This document shows, piece by piece, positions 8,427 through 15,898 of a DNA stretch of 64,000 nucleotides (positions are counted from its first letter, which is position 1; each line of letters starts with the position of its first letter). Location: the NCBI GenBank assembly GCA_903867985.1, contig CAIPTO010000029.1, positions 65 through 64,064 on the forward strand. The letters are read 5' to 3'. The DNA is from an uncultured Elusimicrobia bacterium (GTDB lineage Bacteria > Elusimicrobiota > Elusimicrobia > Elusimicrobiales > UBA9959). The position numbers and the translations under genes are program-made. The notes under the pieces are model-generated. The model saw only the letters and a list, made by a program, of their open reading frames with translations. It was not told the origin of the DNA and ran no database searches.

Positions 8427-9173
8427 ATGGAAAAAGAGAATAATTCAACCTGTCAGATGCGAATAACCAAGCGGAAAGCTGTTTTTCTTCTGGCGGTTGG
8501 TTTGGTTTGTTTGTCTCCCGGATTTTTAAATTGTGAGACATTGACCATGACCACATATTATCCCGCGCCTTACGGCGGCTACGCCAGCCTTTTGACCACC
8601 GGCCTGACTTTGCTTGCCAGGGACGGCGGCAATGTCGGCATAGGCTCCACAAGTCCGCAGGCGAAACTGGATATTCAATCCACGACCAGCGGGTTTTTAC
8701 CGCCCAGGATGAGTAACGCGCAAAGGGATGCCATGGGCTTTCCGCCCAGAGGTTCCGTAATATACAATCTTACTTATGACCAAATTGAATACTGGGATGG
8801 CAACAGCTGGATAAGTATGAATGGTTCTAAATTTGTGGGCGCGACAACAGCCGTATACGCCGGCGGTGCCGTGGGTGGTTATGCCGGGGGGGACGCCAAG
8901 TGTAAGAGCCAATACACAGGCAGCAGAATGTGTTTCGTTTCCGATTTTATAAACGACAAGCCCACCGCTTCCGGTTGGTATTCCGCGTTTGCTTATTCAG
9001 CTTCCGCGGGCGGGGCCGGCGGGGAAATTGTCAACGACTGTAGAGGCTGGACTCCAAGCTCCGTTGTTCATGGAATGTATGGAATGTTCTGGGATCAATC
9101 CGGGAGTACCTACTGCTTAGGTCCATGTACGCTGCCATGTGGCACTGCGGCAGCTATCCTTTGCTGCAAATAA
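8427..9173 (+). CDS. Secreted protein with a tail-fibre-like N-terminal motif and a Cys-rich C-terminal domain
   Basis: Signal peptide MRITKRKAVFLLAVGLVCL is present. The motif GNVGIGSTSPQAKLDI...RMSNAQRDAM...GSVIYN is followed by a C-terminus with about 9 Cys. The start is either 8427 or 8457. Confidence 0.5.
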   Translation: MEKENNSTCQMRITKRKAVFLLAVGLVCLSPGFLNCETLTMTTYYPAPYGGYASLLTTGLTLLARDGGNVGIGSTSPQAKLDIQSTTSGFLPPRMSNAQRDAMGFPPRGSVIYNLTYDQIEYWDGNSWISMNGSKFVGATTAVYAGGAVGGYAGGDAKCKSQYTGSRMCFVSDFINDKPTASGWYSAFAYSASAGGAGGEIVNDCRGWTPSSVVHGMYGMFWDQSGSTYCLGPCTLPCGTAAAILCCK

Positions 9174-9294
9174 ATACAAAGTCGCTTTGTAATGGCAAAT
9201 TCTTCCAGGAGAGAACCTGAAATATCGCTCTTAAGCTTACAACAAATATGACCTGCCGCCCGCCCTCGGCCTATGTTAGCGCGGAGAACTTTTA

Positions 9295-11256
9295 ATGCCC
9301 GATCTCAAAGTTAGCGTGCTGGTTGTTACTACCGAGAAGGCTCTTCTTGACGAGATGACTCCGTCCATGTCGGGCCGGGGCTTTGAGCTCTTCTGCGTGC
9401 CGTCGCTGAACTACGCTGCCGCCCAGCTTGTCGCTGGAGATTACTCCGCCCTGGTTATGGATTTCGGCCGGATTCCCGCGACCGAGCGTGAAGCCTTGCT
9501 GGCTTTGAGCAAACAGCATCCCAAGGTCCGCTTTTTTACGCTGGAGACAATAACCAGTAACGCTCCGACCTCTCCCTCACCCCTGCGCCGCATAGTTTGG
9601 CCTCTGCCCGCGGGTTTCGCGGACCAGATCCGGGCAACTGACCGTCCGGTCGCCATCCTGGCTGATCAGACTTTATTTATGACCGGAGCCGTGCAGAGCG
9701 CCTTCCACGCTGCTGGGGTCCAGTCTGTGTTCCTGGAATCCACTCAGGGTTTGGCCGAATTCATCTACAAGCAGAACGAAGCCCGCGTCCGCGCCGCTTC
9801 CCAGCCCAAGCAACCCAAAAGCTTATGGTCACGGCTGGGCGTCGGGGGGGAGGCCGTGCCCGAGACTATGCTGTCCCTGAGCAAGGTGGTTGTTGCTATG
9901 TTCACAGGGACTCTTGAGGATGCGGACGCCATGGACTCCAATATTCGAACCGCTGTCCCGGAAGCCGTTTGCTACACCATATCGGGAGTGGATACGTCGC
10001 GCTACGCGATTCAGGCGTTAAACAGCGGTCACATCGCGGCTCTTCCGAGGGAACAGGCCGGGCGCATAGCGGGAATCATAATAGACTGCAGGGAAGGCGG
10101 AGCCGCCCGTTCCGGAGAGAAGGAAAAAGAACGTATTATTCTCCTGGATAATTTTAAGCCCACGCTGGCTTCCCTTGGCATGGCTCTGATGGGTGCGGGT
10201 TACGATGTTACGACCTCCATGGAAGGAGAGGAAGCTTTGAGGCTCTGCGAAAAGGGGGCTTTCCATCTCGCGGTCATCGGCACCGCGATCACCTTCGCGC
10301 AGCATTCAGGGGCTGAACTCGCCCAGAAACTTCGCGAACGGGACCCTGACCTGCGCATTATCTTTATGGTGGACCGCTATCCCCTTCAGGCCGCGCTTCA
10401 GGGGGTCAGCCAGGTCGTGGAACTGGGACTCGACGACGCGCTCTTGAAACCCGTTGAGGCCTCGCGCCTGGTATTCTCGGTGGAGAGGGCTCTGGAGCGG
10501 CGCTTCCTGCTTCTGGAGAACGCGCGCCTCTTGCAGGAGGTTCAGGATTTCAACCGGAAACTGGCACAGGTCAACGGTTTCCAGACGAAGTTTTTCGCCA
10601 TGGTCGCTCACGATGTCAAGAATCCTCTGACCGCTATCCTGGGCTACGCCGAGGCCTTAAGCTTCAAGCTCACAAGCCTGCCCTCCGAGCTCAAATACGC
10701 CTCCAATATTCATTCCGCCGCTAAGACTCTCAATCTCCTGATCTCAGATCTGGTGGACCTGGCGGCGATAGAATCCGGCAAGCTGCGCGTAGAGATCGGG
10801 ACTCTGGACCTGCTTTCCGTGGTTGGTGAAGTGCGCTCCCGCATCGAGATCGTGGCCCAGCAGCGCAAGATCAATTTTTCCGTGGAACTTCCGCCGTCGC
10901 TTCCCCTGCTGGCCGGCGACCATGTCCGAATCGGCCAGGTAATACAGAATCTCTGCACCAACGCCATCCAGTACACTAAGCCGGGGGGGCAGGTGACCAT
11001 AAGGGTGGAGTCAGCCCCGGACAGGGTTATCGTCAGCGTCATGGATACGGGCATTGGTATATCCAAGGAAGACCTGCCACGCATATGGGAGCGCTTCTTT
11101 CAGACCGCGGAGGCCCAGAAGATGCGCAAGGCGGGTTTCGGTCTGGGTCTTAAGATAGCGCGTGAGATAGTACAGATGCACGGCGGCGAGATGGGCATAG
11201 AATCCCAGCTCGGAGTCGGTTCGCGGTTCTTCTTCCACATCCCGCTAAAAAAATAA
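9295..11256 (+). CDS. Hybrid sensor histidine kinase with N-terminal receiver-like domains
   Basis: The H-box is FFAMVAHDVKNPL and the HATPase motifs are DTGIGI and GFGLGLKIAREIV. The N-terminal roughly 400 aa consist of CheY-like repeats. Confidence 0.85.
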   Translation: MPDLKVSVLVVTTEKALLDEMTPSMSGRGFELFCVPSLNYAAAQLVAGDYSALVMDFGRIPATEREALLALSKQHPKVRFFTLETITSNAPTSPSPLRRIVWPLPAGFADQIRATDRPVAILADQTLFMTGAVQSAFHAAGVQSVFLESTQGLAEFIYKQNEARVRAASQPKQPKSLWSRLGVGGEAVPETMLSLSKVVVAMFTGTLEDADAMDSNIRTAVPEAVCYTISGVDTSRYAIQALNSGHIAALPREQAGRIAGIIIDCREGGAARSGEKEKERIILLDNFKPTLASLGMALMGAGYDVTTSMEGEEALRLCEKGAFHLAVIGTAITFAQHSGAELAQKLRERDPDLRIIFMVDRYPLQAALQGVSQVVELGLDDALLKPVEASRLVFSVERALERRFLLLENARLLQEVQDFNRKLAQVNGFQTKFFAMVAHDVKNPLTAILGYAEALSFKLTSLPSELKYASNIHSAAKTLNLLISDLVDLAAIESGKLRVEIGTLDLLSVVGEVRSRIEIVAQQRKINFSVELPPSLPLLAGDHVRIGQVIQNLCTNAIQYTKPGGQVTIRVESAPDRVIVSVMDTGIGISKEDLPRIWERFFQTAEAQKMRKAGFGLGLKIAREIVQMHGGEMGIESQLGVGSRFFFHIPLKK

Positions 11257-11317
11257 ATCCTGTTTTGCCTGCCTTTATAAGTGTCTCGTAAATTGCTATT
11301 TTATCTTTACATAAACC

Positions 11318-12484
11318 ATGAACAGACCATTACCTAAAGTGAAGCTTGCCTACGCCCCCGCCGGGCCTAACGCCTTCAGGAGGATGATAGGCTCCGTAGA
11401 GGGCGCTTCCGCCGGCGAGATCGTCGCCGTTTATAATAAGAACGGTCAGCCCTACGGCGTGGGACTTTATAATCCCCGCAGCCAGATCGCGCTGCGCATC
11501 TTTACCAGGGAAAACCCCGACACTTTCGACCTCACGACTTTTATAAAAAGACAGGTGGGCCGCGCCGTGGAGTTCCGGCACAAAGTTCTAAAGCTGGATA
11601 AAACCACCAACGCCTGCCGCCTTGTCCATGACTACGGCGACGGTCTGCCCGGGTTGGTCGTGGATATGTACGGCGACAATATCGTGCTTGAATTCTATTC
11701 TTTCGCCATGTACCGGCTGGCTTCTTTTCTTGAGGCCGCTTTCCGGGAGCATTTTCCAAAAGCTGTTTTCCACCACCGCGCCAGCTCTTACACGGAAACG
11801 ATGGAGGGGTTTACGCTCAAACCTCAAACCGGTCCGGGCAAAAAAGTCCGCGTTACCGAGAACGGCGTGATGTTCGAGGTGGATCTGGCCGGCGGCCATA
11901 AGACGGGCTTTTTCTGCGACCAGCGCGATAACCGGCTTTACGCGTCCTCGCTGGCGGAAGGCCGCAGCGTTCTGGATATCTGCTCGTATACCGGCGGATT
12001 TGGCATCTACGCCATGAAACTGGGAGGAGCGAAGGACGTAACCTGCGTGGAACTGGATGCCGAGGCCGTGGAACTTTCAAAGCGCAACGCTAATATTAAC
12101 GGAGTCAGGATAGACGCCGTCTGCTCCGACGCTTTTCCCTACATGCGCCAGATGTTCCAGAACAGCAAGAAATATGACATGGTCATTCTGGACCCCTACA
12201 AACTCGTGGCTTCGCGGGAAGACCGTGAATACGGGATTTTTAAATACAGGGATTTCAACCGCCTTGCGCTCTCTCTGGTAGCTGAGGGGGGGATATTTGT
12301 GACCTGCTCATGCAGCGGCATGGTCTCGATGGACGAATTTTCCTTTATCGTGCGCGGCGCTGCCACCAACGCGGGGCGGCGGGCGCATATCTTCAGAAAG
12401 TCAGGCGCCGGCGCCGATCATCCTGTTTCTTCCGACTACCCCGAAGGTGAATATCTTAAAGCCGTCTGGGCCCGGGTGTATTAG
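11318..12484 (+). CDS. Class I SAM-dependent rRNA methyltransferase (RlmI/YwbD-like, PUA N-terminus)
   Basis: The architecture and motifs fit (LDICSYTGGFG SAM site, ILDPY), and the protein is about 390 aa. Confidence 0.7.
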   Translation: MNRPLPKVKLAYAPAGPNAFRRMIGSVEGASAGEIVAVYNKNGQPYGVGLYNPRSQIALRIFTRENPDTFDLTTFIKRQVGRAVEFRHKVLKLDKTTNACRLVHDYGDGLPGLVVDMYGDNIVLEFYSFAMYRLASFLEAAFREHFPKAVFHHRASSYTETMEGFTLKPQTGPGKKVRVTENGVMFEVDLAGGHKTGFFCDQRDNRLYASSLAEGRSVLDICSYTGGFGIYAMKLGGAKDVTCVELDAEAVELSKRNANINGVRIDAVCSDAFPYMRQMFQNSKKYDMVILDPYKLVASREDREYGIFKYRDFNRLALSLVAEGGIFVTCSCSGMVSMDEFSFIVRGAATNAGRRAHIFRKSGAGADHPVSSDYPEGEYLKAVWARVY

Positions 12485-12526
12485 GGCACGGCTCTCCAAG
12501 AAAACAATAAATGGATGGCGGGTAGC

Positions 12527-12655
12527 CAAGTCGCGGGGTCCTGCCAGCCATGGGACCCATCGGGCCTGCGACCGGCCCGGCGACTTCGCGCCGGTTCCTT
12601 CTCGACCCGATCCAACCCATGGCTGTCACCCCTTATTACCCCGCACAAATTTACA
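12527..12655 (+). repeat. Structured repeat, copy A (core 12545-12625)
   Basis: Copy A is near-identical to 13583-13760 apart from a 46-nt indel. The outer stem is CAGCCATGGG/CCCATGGCTG and the inner stems are ATCGGGCC/GACCCGAT and CCGGCG/CGCCGG. Confidence 0.8.
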
Positions 12656-12702
12656 ATCAGCTAAAGTTTCTTGGGATAGGCCGGATATTAGGGTGAAGAG
12701 TA

Positions 12703-13512
12703 TTAGGGTTTATAGTACTTCATCGCTTCTGGCATCCAGCCTTCAATATCCTTTATTCTGGTCTCGTGGCCGGGGTGGGTGGAAAGATATTTGGCAAGAG
12801 GAGAATCGGGGGATTTGGTGGCGGCTTCCATACGTTTCCAGAAATCCAGAGCGGCGTGCGGATCATAACCGGCTTTGGCCATAAGTATCAGGCCTATGTG
12901 ATCCGCCTCTGACTCGTGCGAGCGGCTGAAAGGGAGCATAACTCCCACGTTCATTCCCACACCGTAGGCTTTAGAGAAGGCGCCCTGCACTTCAGGCGTT
13001 TTGTTGGAAAGCGCCACGCTCAATATTTTGCTCCCGATCCCGGCGGCCATTCCCTGGCTCATTCTTTCGGAGCCATGCCGGGCCAGCGCGTGGGCTATTT
13101 CATGGCCCATAACTACGGCCAAACCGGCTTCGTCTTTGGCCACGGGGAGCAGCGCGGTGTAAACAGCCACTTTCCCTCCGGGAAGGCAGAAAGCGTTTAT
13201 TTGCTTTTCATCCTCTATCAGATTAAATTCCCATTTGAACTGGGGAGGCGCGTCCGATACTTTGGCCAGACGGGCACCCACCCTTCTGACCAGCGCGGTC
13301 TTTTCGGCGTCGGCGGACAGTTTTGAACTTTTAAGCACCGCCGCGTAAGATTCGTCGCCCATCTTTACCTCTTCCGATTCGGAGACCAGGAGCATATGCT
13401 TGCGCCCGGTGTATGGTACGCTGGAACAGCCCCACAGCATAAGCGCAGCCGCAAAGTAGAATATAATTTCGATTCTTGTTATCATAAGTTCATCCGGTTT
13501 TTTATTATACAT
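12703..13512 (-). CDS. M48 family metallopeptidase lipoprotein (LoiP/YcaL-like)
   Basis: The zinc motif HEIAHALARH is present, with a lipobox-like LWGC. An alternative start lies at 13485. Confidence 0.85.
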   Translation of the reverse strand: MYNKKPDELMITRIEIIFYFAAALMLWGCSSVPYTGRKHMLLVSESEEVKMGDESYAAVLKSSKLSADAEKTALVRRVGARLAKVSDAPPQFKWEFNLIEDEKQINAFCLPGGKVAVYTALLPVAKDEAGLAVVMGHEIAHALARHGSERMSQGMAAGIGSKILSVALSNKTPEVQGAFSKAYGVGMNVGVMLPFSRSHESEADHIGLILMAKAGYDPHAALDFWKRMEAATKSPDSPLAKYLSTHPGHETRIKDIEGWMPEAMKYYKP

Positions 13513-13582
13513 TTAGATGTTCCGCTAATCAATCCGCATGGGTGGGCGGTAACGGAAAGAATTCTGTGCAATTTCCCGGTGT

Positions 13583-13760
13583 AGGGTTCGCGGGTCCGGC
13601 CAGGCATGGGACCCATCGGGCCTGCGGCCGGCCCGGCGACTGACCTATGGGCGTGCCGCAACAGGGCCTATGGCCAACAGGCGGCCTTCGCGCCGGTTCC
13701 TTCTCGGCCCGATCTAACCCATGGCTGTCACCCGCTCCACTTACACCGCCAAGAATGTAT
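13583..13760 (+). repeat. Structured repeat, copy B (core 13601-13727, with a 46-nt insertion at 13641-13686)
   Basis: Copy B is a direct repeat of copy A. The insertion sits exactly in the apical loop of the CCGGCG/CGCCGG stem. Confidence 0.8.
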
Positions 13761-13967
13761 CCTTCCAAATCACATTGGCCGGGTCCTTTTCCTTTATTCG
13801 GAGCGGTGAAAATGCTAAAATATGTTATAGCACTATAGCATCGCCGAAGCAGTCCGCCCTGCCAGCTTCCTAGCGCATGTTTCCCGGATAGTATTTATCC
13901 CCAAGGCTGTAAAAAATATGCGGGCCAAAGTATATTGTCGCGGCATCATGTCGCGGAATGTTTCACT

Positions 13968-15785
13968 ATGATAACCATCAAGAATATATATAAGTCATTT
14001 TCTTCACAATCCCTGTTCGAGGGGGCGTCTCTACAGATAAACGAAGGGGAGCGTTTCGCGCTGGTCGGGCCCAACGGTTCCGGGAAGTCCACGCTTTTTA
14101 AGATGATGCTTCGCGAAGAAGAGGCGGACGACGGGGAAATACAGTTCAAGAAGAACGTCGTAGTGGGTTATTTGCCGCAGGAGAACGCCCCAACTACGGA
14201 ACGCACGGTAGTGGATGAAACTCTGGACGGCGCGGAGGACTTTGACGGTCGCAAGGGCGCCGAAGCCAAGGCTGTTCTGATGGGACTCGGTTTCAAAGTT
14301 TCCGATTTCGGCAGGCATGTTAACACGCTTTCCGGCGGATGGGCTATGCGCGTGGCAATGGCCAGGCTTCTGGTGAAAAAACCGGATCTGCTGCTCCTGG
14401 ACGAGCCTACAAATCATCTGGACCTTGACGCTCTATTGTGGCTGCAGGATTATCTGGCGGCTTACCAGGGAGCGGTTTTCGTCATTTCCCATGACCGTTC
14501 ATTTATCAATACCGTCTGCAACGCCATTATCTCCGTTCAGGATAAAACACTTCGCGCCTATTACGGGGATTACGAGCATTTTCTCAATCAGCGCCAGTCG
14601 GAGAAAGACAAGATACTCTCACAATGGAAGCAGCAGCAGGACGATATCGCCCAGATGAAGGACTTCATCTTCCGCAACAGGGCGCGCGTTTCAACCGCGT
14701 CCCGTGTGCAGAGCATGATCAAGCGGCTTGACAAGCTTGAGCTGGTGCAGGTACCGGAAGACACCAAAACGGTCAAGATACGCTTTCCGCAGCCCGGCCG
14801 GACCGGAACAAAAGTTCTGGAGCTGAAGGACATAAGCAAAATTTACAATGTCCCCGGCCACGAACCCATACGGGTATATGAAAATTTCAGTTTTGAGCTT
14901 TACCGCGGACAGAAAATGGCTTTTGTCGGTCATAACGGCGCCGGTAAATCAACGCTGCTGAAGATGCTGGCTGGCGTGATAGAGCCGGATTCCGGAGAGC
15001 GCATCCCCGGCCTGAACGTAAAGACCGGCTATTTTTCTCAGCATCGGGAAGGCATACTCGAGCCGCGGCACACCGTTCTGCAGGAAGCCATGGATAACGA
15101 CAGGATGAACCCCGAGCTTACAGTGAGGACCGTGCTCGGAACCTTCCTGTTCCCGGGCGATAATGTTTACAAAAAAACGGCTGTGCTCAGCGGCGGAGAA
15201 AAAAGCCGGCTGATGCTGGTGAAACTGCTGCTGGACCCGCCGAACGTTATATTGATGGACGAGCCCACCACGCACCTCGATATGCCCAGCGTGGACGCGC
15301 TTATCGGAGCGCTGAAAGAATTTGAGGGCACGCTTTGCTTTATCAGCCACGATTTATATTTCATAAACGCCCTGGCCGACTCCGTGGTGCACGTTGAAAA
15401 AGGAAAGACCACCGTTTATCCAGGCAACTACGATTATTTTCGTCACCGTCAGATGACTATGCAGGCGGAATTGGCGGCGGCCGCCCCTTCAGGCGAGAGG
15501 GCTAAGCCTTCGGAAGCACGCGCTGACACGGCGGCCTGGGAAGAGAAGAAGCGTCAGGAGGCGGAGGCCCGCAAGCGTTCACGCCGGGGCGATACGCTTA
15601 AAAAAGATATAGCCTATTCCCGGAAAACCATTGAGACGCTGGCCGCAAAGATGTCCTCGCCTGAAATTTATTCGGATTATCAGCAGGTTAAAGAACTGGG
15701 GGATAAGATACACGCCCTTGAAGCCAAGGTCGCCGCGGCCCTGGAAGAGCTGAAGACGCTGGCTGAAAGTTGCCATCAGCCATAA
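13968..15785 (+). CDS. ABC-F family ATPase (Uup/EttA-like)
   Basis: It has two ABC cassettes (GPNGSGKST, GHNGAGKST; LSGGW..., LSGGEKSRL), no TM domain and a charged C-terminal coiled coil. I chose the ATG at 13968 over the TTG at 13935. Confidence 0.9.
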   Translation: MITIKNIYKSFSSQSLFEGASLQINEGERFALVGPNGSGKSTLFKMMLREEEADDGEIQFKKNVVVGYLPQENAPTTERTVVDETLDGAEDFDGRKGAEAKAVLMGLGFKVSDFGRHVNTLSGGWAMRVAMARLLVKKPDLLLLDEPTNHLDLDALLWLQDYLAAYQGAVFVISHDRSFINTVCNAIISVQDKTLRAYYGDYEHFLNQRQSEKDKILSQWKQQQDDIAQMKDFIFRNRARVSTASRVQSMIKRLDKLELVQVPEDTKTVKIRFPQPGRTGTKVLELKDISKIYNVPGHEPIRVYENFSFELYRGQKMAFVGHNGAGKSTLLKMLAGVIEPDSGERIPGLNVKTGYFSQHREGILEPRHTVLQEAMDNDRMNPELTVRTVLGTFLFPGDNVYKKTAVLSGGEKSRLMLVKLLLDPPNVILMDEPTTHLDMPSVDALIGALKEFEGTLCFISHDLYFINALADSVVHVEKGKTTVYPGNYDYFRHRQMTMQAELAAAAPSGERAKPSEARADTAAWEEKKRQEAEARKRSRRGDTLKKDIAYSRKTIETLAAKMSSPEIYSDYQQVKELGDKIHALEAKVAAALEELKTLAESCHQP

Positions 15786-15872
15786 GCCTTAAGCCATATG
15801 CCATAGGGTATAAGGAAAATCCTTAAAAGCTTATGGCATAAAGCATACGGCTTATGGCAATAGCATATATGC
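15781..15872. repeat. Intergenic fold-back element, GGCATA/TATGCC word class
   Basis: The arms are built from 7-8 nt units (CATAAGCC TTAAGCC ATATGCC ... TTATGGC ATAAAGC ATACGGC TTATGGC). CATAAGCC pairs with GGCTTATG. Confidence 0.7.
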
Positions 15873-15898
15873 GGATTTATTAAGGAGAACCACTATAC

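Noticed and set aside
8427-9173. The Cys-rich, lectin-like C-terminus might be a diversity-generating retroelement target (variable region).
   Set aside because: There is no reverse transcriptase gene and no template repeat with adenine-specific differences anywhere in the window.
12545-13727. The repeats flanking the M48 gene might be integron attC sites delimiting a gene cassette. ATCCAAC and ATCTAAC match RYYYAAC, and their complements match GTTRRRY.
   Set aside because: The RYYYAAC-like word lies in an internal loop and has no paired GTTRRRY partner at the opposite end of the element. No integron integrase or attI is in the window, and the stem architecture differs from R''-L''/L'-R' attC sites.
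12447-13809. The plus-strand ORFs 12447-12884 and 13606-13809 share the peptide FAPVPSRPD.THGCHP, which could suggest a duplicated small protein.
   Set aside because: The shared peptide is produced by reading through the two copies of the structured nucleotide repeat. The frames overlap the well-supported M48 gene on the other strand, and the 46-nt indel does not preserve a reading frame. Conservation at the nucleotide or structure level is the better explanation.
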